DNA of 64,000 bases from Promethearchaeati archaeon SRVP18_Atabeyarchaeia-1 (GCA_037308085.1 CP147779.1:1760001-1824000); one strand, 5' to 3'; shown: positions 41,207 to 49,441, numbered from the stretch's first letter. Numbers and translations: made by a program. Notes: a model not told the origin generated them from the sequence alone.

Positions 41207-41426
41207 TTCTTGTGGACCTTTTTAATACTATTATTGTGAAGAATAGGAAAATCGTTGCGAGCATCGCAGAAAAATAGGGTGGTCCACATAAGCTTTAATA
41301 ACGGAAACATTGCCTTAACTCCTCTCAGAGAGGCGGCACTGCACCGCATCTCGCAGATTCACGTTACTGGCAAATGGGGTAAGGTAGAGTCGCCTTCTGC
41401 AGAAATTAGAAAGATGGGTGTAGATA

Positions 41427-41810
41427 ATGCCGGAAGTTAAGAGCTTAAGGAAGCAACTTGAAGAAGTTCTGAAGAGCATGGAGGAAGCTGACCCAGATAT
41501 AGAAGGATCCGCACTCGTCAGAACCGATGGCCTCGTCATGGCCTCGGCTATCCACAAGGACGCAGACGAATCACTCATAGCTGCGATGTCAGCAGCTCTG
41601 CTGAACATTGGCTCCAGATCAGTCTCCGAGCTAGAGCGTGGCGCCTTGGATAAAGTCATCGTAAGCGGAACAAGGGGCGACGTGGTTCTAAGTGGGGTGG
41701 GTGGAGAGGCAGTTCTCTCAACCATAACGAGACCGGGAGCGAACTTGGGACTCGTCCTCGTCGAAATGAAGAGAACCGCCGGGAAGCTCGGTACGACCCT
41801 CAAGGGTTAG
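41427..41810 (+). CDS. Roadblock/LC7 domain protein
   Basis: IEGSALVRTDGLVMAS...IAAMSAALL..G......LERG...NLGLVL. Confidence 0.95.
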   Translation: MPEVKSLRKQLEEVLKSMEEADPDIEGSALVRTDGLVMASAIHKDADESLIAAMSAALLNIGSRSVSELERGALDKVIVSGTRGDVVLSGVGGEAVLSTITRPGANLGLVLVEMKRTAGKLGTTLKG

Positions 41811-42011
41811 AACTTTGTATACGCAACACACTGCAAGAAAGCCGATTCTCCAAAAGGGCTCATCGGCTATTGCATTACCTTGTGCTCTTCACATTTTCCA
41901 GTCCCTAGTGAGTAGTGTTTCCCTTACTTTTGCCTCGGGGATCACCCCAAATCATTTGCTAGACGCGGGTTTTCTGACGTGAATGCAACGGTCTCTCCAA
42001 CTTGTTCGTTT

Positions 42012-42059
42012 TGTTACCAAATAGTAACACTTATATGCCATATGTTACCAAATAGTAAC
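42012..42059 (+). promoter_or_regulatory. Two identical palindromic operators flanking the hsp20 TATA box
   Basis: TGTTACCAAATAGTAAC at 42012-42028 and 42043-42059 (GTTAC-N6-GTAAC); TTATAT at 42031-42036 between them. Confidence 0.8.
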
Positions 42060-42123
42060 TATAGATTAGAGGCATATACAAATTGAGCCTCCACTCTGGG
42101 GCTTGTCAGAGGTGAGCAATGAG

Positions 42124-42723
42124 ATGAGTGATAGGAGAGATTTTGATGATGAATTTGGCGACACATGGGAAGACGAGTCATTCAAGAAACTGTTCGAAGA
42201 ACAAAGAAACATGGAACACGCATTGAGGCAGTACGTCAAGAAACTGATCGAGTCCGTCAAAAGAGGAGATCTCAAAGGAAGAAGCGAAATAATACCAATA
42301 GACCGGCCAGGCGTCACAGGATTCATATTCCGCCAGGAGTTCGGAGCTACAACGGCGCCAAACGAAGAGAGCAAATCACCCGCAATAATGGAGGAGCGGG
42401 GAGAGGAAAAGCAAGGATTTGCCATTCCGCAGAGCACAGTGCAAGAGGAAAGGGAACCTGTTCTCGAGACATTCGCAGACGGAGACGAGTTCGTCGCACT
42501 AGTTGAACTCCCAGGCCTGGAAGAAGACGAAATACGTGTCGAGACGGGGAACAGCTGGATAAAGATCGGTGCCATCAACTTCAGGACAACCCAGATCGAT
42601 GTCCCTTCGGAGTTTGACACCAGCAAGACTATCAGAATGTACAAGAACGGCGTACTCGAAGTAAGGGTACCATTAGCGACGCTTGCGGAACGCCACGAAG
42701 AGATCAGATTCGGCGCCGCATAG
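42124..42723 (+). CDS. Hsp20/alpha-crystallin small heat-shock protein
   Basis: REPVLE, VELPGL..DEI, YKNGVLEVRVP; GAGGTGA SD. Confidence 0.88.
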   Translation: MSDRRDFDDEFGDTWEDESFKKLFEEQRNMEHALRQYVKKLIESVKRGDLKGRSEIIPIDRPGVTGFIFRQEFGATTAPNEESKSPAIMEERGEEKQGFAIPQSTVQEEREPVLETFADGDEFVALVELPGLEEDEIRVETGNSWIKIGAINFRTTQIDVPSEFDTSKTIRMYKNGVLEVRVPLATLAERHEEIRFGAA

Positions 42724-43179
42724 ACAGAATCTAGTGAAGCGCGGAAGAGACCCTGAACTACCCTGTCGCCATAGGGCCCGAATGTCCAATTCGGTCACTC
42801 TGTTTGGAGCCAAATAGCGGGCTCGGAGTCTAGCATCGATTCCCCCTGCCCTATTTCCACCTCTTCTTTCATAGATCCTCGCTTTGGGTCTGTTTCTTCT
42901 TGTTTTCTCAGTCTTGTTCACACCCTCACGATGTTCGCTGCGAGGATAGTATTTCAGTCTCCAGACCAGCAGGGCCTCATTGTCAAGGTGAAGGGTCCGA
43001 AATGATGGGGTCAAACGGCCCCGAGCTGCAAGTTTGCAGGCTTCAGCAGTGGGTAAATGGTTCTTTGCGATGTCGGTATAGGGCAATGCATAATGCAACG
43101 ACCGAAAGCCAGAAATCAGTCTCTGTCACCTAGCCTAAACCAACGACCCGATGATTTCCTCCGATTTGAGGGAGGAGTG

Positions 43180-43836
43180 ATGAAGAAAGAGACCAAGGAC
43201 TGGACAAAAGACGAGTTGATGAATGAATACGTGGGGAAATACACGCCACTGACTATCCCAGTTGACATTTCCATCGAAGGGCAGCAGACAATCCTGAACC
43301 TCACCCGCGCAGAGAAGATACTAGATGACGCGAAGGTCATCGCGGTCGAGGACTGCGGCTGCAGAACGAGGATGCGCAAATGCGACGCACCACTGGAAGT
43401 CTGTCTGAGCTTGGACGACGGCGCCAAGGAGGCAATAGAAAGTGGCGCCCGTAAGATATCAAAGTCTCAGGCGCTTGCCGTCATGAGGCGCTCGCACGAA
43501 GCTGGCCTCGTTCACCTGACCTACACAATCAAGGGACAGGAGAAGCCGTTTATCATCTGCAGCTGCTGCTCATGCTGCTGCCACTCTCTCAGCGCACTCG
43601 TTAGATTCGGAATTCCCGACCACGTTGTAGCCTCGGAGTACATAGCTTCAGACAATGAGGAAACCTGCGACAAATGCGGCACATGCGTCCGACGCTGCCA
43701 GTTCCACGCACGGCAACTCGTGAACGGCAAGGTGGAGTTCGATCAATCAAGGTGCTATGGATGCGGGGTATGTGTCACCACTTGCCCAACGAAATCAATC
43801 AAGCTAATCACAAGAAAGATACTCCCTACCTGGTAG
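43180..43836 (+). CDS. 4Fe-4S cluster protein (CxCCxCCC family with C-terminal 2[4Fe-4S] ferredoxin)
   Basis: CGCR, GLVH, ICSCCSCCCH, two CxxCxxCxxxC motifs. Confidence 0.9.
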   Translation: MKKETKDWTKDELMNEYVGKYTPLTIPVDISIEGQQTILNLTRAEKILDDAKVIAVEDCGCRTRMRKCDAPLEVCLSLDDGAKEAIESGARKISKSQALAVMRRSHEAGLVHLTYTIKGQEKPFIICSCCSCCCHSLSALVRFGIPDHVVASEYIASDNEETCDKCGTCVRRCQFHARQLVNGKVEFDQSRCYGCGVCVTTCPTKSIKLITRKILPTW

Positions 43837-44004
43837 AGTCGGGAGTTGGGCGCGCTTTCTCCACAACTTTGTCTAACAGCGCCTCCAACGACTGCCGGCA
43901 GCGTTAAGCCCAAATGGGCAGATTTATTATGGCACTGTCGTTAATAGTAGTGGCGAGGCTGAGAGCTGAGGCTACTATAGGAAAGAGAAGGAGGGCTATG
44001 CGGT

Positions 44005-45666
44005 TTGAGCAATATTCTAGAGGGAGAAGGAACGGCAAGCAAAGCTGGCACCGAAGAGAAGACGGCGTCTGAAATAATCGTTGATGAATTGCTGGAAGCC
44101 GGTGTGAAGCACGTCTTCGGGATTCCTGGTCATACCTGCTTGGGTATTGTTGAGGCGCTGCGGAAGCAAAAAGATATCGACTTCATCACCGTTCGCCATG
44201 AAGAAACTGCAGCTTTGATGGCGTCCGCTTATGCAAAGCTTACAGATAGACTCGGCGTGGTTCTTACAATTGCTGGTCCAGGAGCCACGAACCTTATGAC
44301 TGGGTTGTACGATGCAAAAATGGATCATGCCCCAGTTTTGGCGCTTACGGGCCAGGTGGACCTACAATTCATTGGCCGTGACGCACTGCAGGAAATCGAT
44401 CAAAACGCGCTCTTTGAACCTGTCTCCCTATTCAACAAGGTGATAACCACCGGAGATGAGACTGCAGAGATCACTCTGCTAGCCATCAAGAACGCGCTCG
44501 TCCGTCGAGGCGTTTCGCATCTCGGAGTTCCAGTCAACATTCAGAGGCAAAAGACGGCTCAACAAGTGAAGCCCCTAAAGGGTCGAGTCCCGCAGCCCAG
44601 AATACGCCCATCGGAGGAACTCTGCAAAAAGGCAGCAGACATGATCAATTCTGCCGATCGCCCAATGATCATTCTTGGTTGGGGTGCGCGGTTTGCCGCA
44701 GACCGTTGCCTTGAACTAGCTGAGAAGATTGGCGCCCCAGTAGCCACGACTTTCAAGGCAAAAGGCATAGTCTCTGAATTCCACCCACAATCCGTTGGGG
44801 TTCATGGCAGTGTCGGCCCAGACCCCTCTAAGGAACTGGCCCATGGTTCTGACCTTCTGATAGTTCTTGGTAGCTCTTTTTCTGCGCAGACAGCAATCCC
44901 ATCGGACAAGCCGGTAATTCAAGTCGATTATGATTCCTTGGCCCTCGGGAAGCGGTTCCCCGTGGAATTGTCGCTTTGGGGCAGCGTCGAAGATACTGTG
45001 CCCATATTGACAAGCTTAGCCAAGGAACGGGACAACAAGTCAATACTGCGCAATATCGAGATGCTGATGCAGAAATGGAGACAGAAGATTGAACCCGTAT
45101 TGTCCTCAGATGAGGTTCCAATACATCCTGCCAGGGTTCTGCGGGCACTCCAGAAAGTGATACCGGAGGAGGCGATGATTTCAATTGATGCGGGTGACAA
45201 CTCTTGGTGGTTTGGAAAGTACTTCAGAGTAAGTAAGCAGAGATTCATGCTCTCTGGATACTTAGCGACCATGGCGTTTGGCTTCGCCGCCGCTTTGGGT
45301 GCAGGCTTTGCCTACCCTAGTGTCAAGTCAATAGCTCTAACGGGGGATGGTGCGTTCTCCATGGTGATGGCTGATTTTACGACAGCCGTCAAGTATCATC
45401 TGCCAGTTGTGGCAATCGTCTATGACAACAACGAACTATCCATGATAACTCATGAACAAAGGATGGAAGGATTCCCGAAGTACGCCACCGAACTTGTCAA
45501 CCCGAATTTCGCAGATTTCGCCGAATCCTGTGGTGGAGACGGTTACGATGTAAGGCAACCGGAAGAGCTGGAACCTGCGCTGGAGAAAGCGATGGATTCA
45601 CGAAAACCGTGCATCGTCGATGTTCACACCAATCCTACAAAGTACTGGATGACCGAGCACTCCTAG
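44005..45666 (+). CDS. TPP-dependent enzyme, pyruvate oxidase/acetolactate synthase family
   Basis: FGIPG, RHEETAA, GPGATN, TGDGAF...NN. Confidence 0.92.
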   Translation: MSNILEGEGTASKAGTEEKTASEIIVDELLEAGVKHVFGIPGHTCLGIVEALRKQKDIDFITVRHEETAALMASAYAKLTDRLGVVLTIAGPGATNLMTGLYDAKMDHAPVLALTGQVDLQFIGRDALQEIDQNALFEPVSLFNKVITTGDETAEITLLAIKNALVRRGVSHLGVPVNIQRQKTAQQVKPLKGRVPQPRIRPSEELCKKAADMINSADRPMIILGWGARFAADRCLELAEKIGAPVATTFKAKGIVSEFHPQSVGVHGSVGPDPSKELAHGSDLLIVLGSSFSAQTAIPSDKPVIQVDYDSLALGKRFPVELSLWGSVEDTVPILTSLAKERDNKSILRNIEMLMQKWRQKIEPVLSSDEVPIHPARVLRALQKVIPEEAMISIDAGDNSWWFGKYFRVSKQRFMLSGYLATMAFGFAAALGAGFAYPSVKSIALTGDGAFSMVMADFTTAVKYHLPVVAIVYDNNELSMITHEQRMEGFPKYATELVNPNFADFAESCGGDGYDVRQPEELEPALEKAMDSRKPCIVDVHTNPTKYWMTEHS

Positions 45667-45751
45667 CAGATCAGGATGGGTTAGCCAGAGAAGCTCTCAT
45701 GAATCCAAGTCCTTCTTCAGCTGTGCCAAGAAGCTTCTGGAGCGTCTCGCT

Positions 45752-46681
45752 CTATCTCTCAAAGATCTTATACATTGGATGTTTCCCTGGCTCAGGCTTA
45801 ACGTTGTAGGTTCTCTTCGCATAGTAGGCTGTCATAGCGTCTGCCATTGCTATGGCGGGAAACACCGCGTATGCCTCTTCTATTGGTCCGTAGAGGACAT
45901 AGCTTCCTCCCATCAGTGAGGTATAGAGTGCAGCGCCTGAGATCGTCGTTACGTACGCGTGTGGACCCATTAGCCCTTTCTTCACCTTCTTCCATGCAGT
46001 GATCGCATTTGACGGTCCGCAACCAGCGGGTAGACCGAACTCCTCTCTTACAAGTTGGATAGCGCGTGCAGCATACGCGATGCTTGGAACATCAAGCACG
46101 GCGGTGTCCACGATTACGTTCTGGATACCCGCCTCTTTGGCAAAATCAAGCAATCCTGTTTTGCCGCCTTCGCCTTTGAGCACTTTTATTCTGCCCTCGG
46201 GGGTCATGTCTCTAGAGTTGAAGGCGAGAATGATGCTAGATTCCACATCAAGATCTCTGAGCGCATCAATTTCGCTCTGCCTCGGGGTCTCCATGATGGA
46301 GTTGTAGATCGCTCTTCTCATCAAGCCAACTTCGGATACATGGCGCATAGCCTCGATTCTGACTTCCGGCGCCGTGCTGTCGACAAGGAAGGGCTCTTCA
46401 GCTGCTTCAGCTGCGAAATCGATGTACTTTATGAGCGCCTCAGACGTGTTACCGACGACATCCAACACGGCTGGGTTTCCGGTCTTGTCCGACATCTCTT
46501 CCTGTGCCTTGATTAGCTCCTCCGCCTTGCTCTTGTCGAATGTGCCCTTCATGGGATCGGAGACAATCTTGTGCTTATCGTAGAAGATGGTTCCAATGAG
46601 CACGGTTGGATATTGACCGATCTGACCGCCGAACTTGACTCCCGCAACGTCGATGACAATTTGCTCCTTGTTGAACTTCAT
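45752..46681 (-). CDS. mtrH: MtrH-family pterin:corrinoid methyltransferase (stand-alone)
   Basis: KFNKEQ...GGQIGQYPTVLIGTIFY, PFLVDST, IYNSI, GCGPSNA, LYGPIE. Confidence 0.92.
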   Translation of the reverse strand: MKFNKEQIVIDVAGVKFGGQIGQYPTVLIGTIFYDKHKIVSDPMKGTFDKSKAEELIKAQEEMSDKTGNPAVLDVVGNTSEALIKYIDFAAEAAEEPFLVDSTAPEVRIEAMRHVSEVGLMRRAIYNSIMETPRQSEIDALRDLDVESSIILAFNSRDMTPEGRIKVLKGEGGKTGLLDFAKEAGIQNVIVDTAVLDVPSIAYAARAIQLVREEFGLPAGCGPSNAITAWKKVKKGLMGPHAYVTTISGAALYTSLMGGSYVLYGPIEEAYAVFPAIAMADAMTAYYAKRTYNVKPEPGKHPMYKIFER

Positions 46682-47019
46682 CAAGATGCTAACGCCTCTG
46701 CAGCGCAGGTGAACTCGAATGCGCATAATCGTATGGCTCAGAAGGGTGGCTTGCTCACCGATTCTGTATCCTTGATCGCTTATATTGCTTTGTTGGGATC
46801 GAGTGCAGAGAGTCATGGCTAGATGATCCCGCAAGCAGGTGCGCTTGGCAACGTGAAGGGCTTGAAAGACCGCACCAAACAGCCGAGAATCGCAAGACCA
46901 CGGGCTTTGGCAGAGGGTAGATGGCATCCTAAGCTTCGACTGATGACTGGCGTCGGCCAGCTACGCCTTCCACCTTAGGACCATACCGGCCTTGAGCTTG
47001 ATATGATCATGCTTGCCAA

Positions 47020-48039
47020 TCAGAATGTTGAGAAACCAATTCGCATCTGGTCCATAATTGCCCCCTTTTGCTCCTGAAGTATTCTATCAACATTCTCGCG
47101 AGTAACTGCTTTCGTTGTGCCGACGTCCGTCACACAGGCAGCCCCAGCGGCCTGCCCTTCAAGCAGGAGGTCCAGCAACTCCTTTCTGGTCAGAGCGGCT
47201 ACGTCGATCTTTCCCAGTTTGTCCGCTTTCCTAGTCAGGTAGAAAACTACCCCTGCAGAGAATGCGGCTCCAGCACCCATCGGATCAACGACAGGAACCT
47301 TGAAAGCCGGCATGGCGACCCTATCATAGGCGTGCTTGGCGACCAACCCCTCATTGCCCAAGGTGATTATCGGGAGTTTTACCCCTCGATTGGCGATGGC
47401 GTTGAGTGCTTCAGTTGACTTGTGCTTACCTGTCATGCTTTCCGCTTCTGTACCGTTACAGTGCAGCACATCAATCCATTCAGAGGCTCGTGCAAGGAAC
47501 TCCCACCCATGTCCCTGCGGCTGGATTGGGTCAACGACGGTCACACAGTCGAGTTCCTCCTTGACCTCCCTTAGGATCCGAGGAAGCTGCTCGTCAAACA
47601 GTCCGAGGGATCCAGTTGCACCAATGTAGAATACGCAGGGTCTCTCCCTTCTCAGCAAATCTCTCACTTTGAGTGGCTCAAGGAGCGTGTTTGCCCCAAT
47701 ATCGAAATGAAATTTGCGGGCTTCACCTTCGGCGGATATTGTCGTGGCTGACCCAGTCGGAGTCTTCTCGACCTTCTCCACGTGTGTGACCACGCCATTC
47801 TTCTCCAATTCCTTGATGATGAAATCGCCGAGATCGTCCTGTCCCACTGCACCCGAGCAGCTGACTTCACCTTTTGCCAGACCCAACTTCAGCAGGTCAA
47901 TTGAGACGTTGGCCGCATGCCCGCCAGCAGAAAACCTTTCTCCAGACAGCGCGGATGTTGCCTCCCCTGGGGCAGCGGCTTCGAGCTGACCGCTAGCAGT
48001 AATGTCGACAACCAGCATACCCGTACAGGTAACGAGCAA
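47020..48039 (-). CDS. PfkB/ribokinase-family carbohydrate kinase with the catalytic Asp replaced by Ala
   Basis: GGHAANV, GAVGQDDLG, N.TEA, ITLG..G, VVDPMGAGAAF (canonical D..GAGD). Confidence 0.85.
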   Translation of the reverse strand: MLVTCTGMLVVDITASGQLEAAAPGEATSALSGERFSAGGHAANVSIDLLKLGLAKGEVSCSGAVGQDDLGDFIIKELEKNGVVTHVEKVEKTPTGSATTISAEGEARKFHFDIGANTLLEPLKVRDLLRRERPCVFYIGATGSLGLFDEQLPRILREVKEELDCVTVVDPIQPQGHGWEFLARASEWIDVLHCNGTEAESMTGKHKSTEALNAIANRGVKLPIITLGNEGLVAKHAYDRVAMPAFKVPVVDPMGAGAAFSAGVVFYLTRKADKLGKIDVAALTRKELLDLLLEGQAAGAACVTDVGTTKAVTRENVDRILQEQKGAIMDQMRIGFSTF

Positions 48040-48114
48040 AATGGATAGTACTCCTCTGCAGCTCGTGCTTCTGAAATGAGATATGGTCTCATGATATTTG
48101 AAAGGATGGTACGG

Positions 48115-48246
48115 GGTTCTGTTAACTCTTGGGGTGATGAGTTAACTGGGTAGCATCGACTCCGAGGATTACCTGTTCCTTCCGCTCCTCAGGGTTCCCC
48201 TTCACCGCTTCACCTGCCGCTCCCTTCAGGCTGAACCGCAGCCCTG
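48115..48246 (-). ncRNA. Putative omega/reRNA scaffold overlapping the tnpB 3' end
   Basis: Non-conserved protein tail after RuvC-III; hairpins GGCTG/CAGCC (48229-48243) and GTTAACTC-N10-GAGTTAAC (48121-48146); position inferred from known TnpB loci, boundaries uncertain. Confidence 0.55.
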
Positions 48247-49288
48247 CGCCGACGATATTCAGAGCCCCATTCTCATCCCTGTCCACGAGCCTCCTGCAGC
48301 GTGGGCAGTAGACCTTCCTCCCTGCGCATTCGACTATCTTGGAGCCACATATCGCGCAGATTGAGGAAGTCTTGGATGGATTAACGTAAAATACTGGGAT
48401 ACCATCCCAGCGTGCCTTGTACTCTATTTGCCGCTGCAGCTCGGCGTAGCTCCAGCTGTTCATCCTTGCCCTGTAGTCCTTGCCCTGCCAGTTTCCCTTC
48501 CTGTAGAGTTTGCGGATGCCTCTGATGTCCTCCATGACTATGCCGAACTGCCTTTCCTTCGCCTCCTTCACTATGCTTGCTGAAGTGTTGTGCAGTATCC
48601 AGTTTACCTTGCTCCTCTGGATTCTTCCGTATTTGGAGTAGAGCTGCTTCCTGACGCGGCAATCGCTTCTTCTGAGGCCTCGCTTCGCCTGCCTACAGTT
48701 CTCCTTGATCTCGGTCGCCCTCGACAGGTCATACCTCCTCATATCTCCAGCCGAGGATGCAGTGGTTACATTGTCGAGGTTGCGGTCTACCCCGACTAGC
48801 CCCACAGGCTCAACCTGAGCAACCTCCTTCGTGAAGGCCAGTGACACGGCGGAGGCGGTCAAGCAGACTGAACGCACAGCACACCCCTCAACAGACTGCA
48901 GCGAGTAGGCGTTCAGCGGGAGGTAAACGTACTCTCTTGCCCTGATGGGCAGCCTGAGCTTGCCCTTGATTATCCTGAAGCCGTAGCAGTCGGTGAGCAT
49001 GAGCCTTGTTGCGCAGGGCTTCTTCACCCCCTCCCGCTTCCTCAGCGCCTGCCTGTAGTTTCGGAGGATGCCCGCGGCCTTGCTGATCGCGGTTAAGCGG
49101 TAGTAGGCTGGCACATCAAATCCTGCGAGTTGATGGTATGCCTTCTTTGAGAGCGCCTTCATCGAGGTGACATTCTCAGCTACACCAATCCTTAAGCAAT
49201 CGTTCACCATCTTTCTGAACGCATCCAAAAGGTTGAGTAGCTCTGGAGACGGCGTATAGTTCTGCTTCACCGCTTTGACCGCTTGCAT
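48122..49288 (-). CDS. tnpB: TnpB RNA-guided endonuclease (388 aa from ATG 49288)
   Basis: RuvC-I VGVDRN, RuvC-II IVMEDI, zinc finger CAIC..CPRC, RuvC-III DRDENGALNI; TTTATTA TATA box ~24 nt before the ATG (probably leaderless); stop codon lies inside the TIR. Confidence 0.96.
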   Translation of the reverse strand: MQAVKAVKQNYTPSPELLNLLDAFRKMVNDCLRIGVAENVTSMKALSKKAYHQLAGFDVPAYYRLTAISKAAGILRNYRQALRKREGVKKPCATRLMLTDCYGFRIIKGKLRLPIRAREYVYLPLNAYSLQSVEGCAVRSVCLTASAVSLAFTKEVAQVEPVGLVGVDRNLDNVTTASSAGDMRRYDLSRATEIKENCRQAKRGLRRSDCRVRKQLYSKYGRIQRSKVNWILHNTSASIVKEAKERQFGIVMEDIRGIRKLYRKGNWQGKDYRARMNSWSYAELQRQIEYKARWDGIPVFYVNPSKTSSICAICGSKIVECAGRKVYCPRCRRLVDRDENGALNIVGAGLRFSLKGAAGEAVKGNPEERKEQVILGVDATQLTHHPKS

Positions 49289-49390
49289 ACCCGAAAATGG
49301 GGTACTTCGGCTAATAAAGCCACCATACGGCCGAGAAGCCTCCAACTCCAACTTTCACCCGAAGAGTTAACAGAGCTTGGTTCGGCAAGA

Positions 49391-49441
49391 TTTAAATACG
49401 AGGACTCGTAATTTACACGCGAGAATACGACTACTCGTAAT
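49391..49441 (+). promoter_or_regulatory. TATA box plus tandem palindromic operator upstream of dtxR-feo
   Basis: TTTAAATA at 49391-49398; AATACGAGGACTCGTAAT (49395-49412) and AATACGACTACTCGTAAT (49424-49441). Confidence 0.7.

Larger units (their letters stand above)
48115..49377 (-). mobile_element. Non-autonomous TnpB element with IS6-like terminal inverted repeats and 8-bp target-site duplication
   Basis: TIRs GGTTCTGTTAACTCTTGGGGTGA (48115-48137) and, as reverse complement, AGCTCTGTTAACTCTTCGGGTGA (49377-49355), 20/23 identical; flanks TGGTACGG (48107-48114) and TGGTTCGG (49378-49385); no transposase inside. Confidence 0.85.

Noticed and set aside
46690-47015. Riboswitch-like leader upstream of mtrH
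   Set aside because: A few short inverted repeats (TCCTAAG/CTTAGGA, GGGATC/GATCCC) but no recognisable aptamer, and the TATA-like box lies downstream of them.
48085-49441. CRISPR array with Cas12f
   Set aside because: No repeat-spacer array or cas genes; the nearby repeats are two-copy operators.
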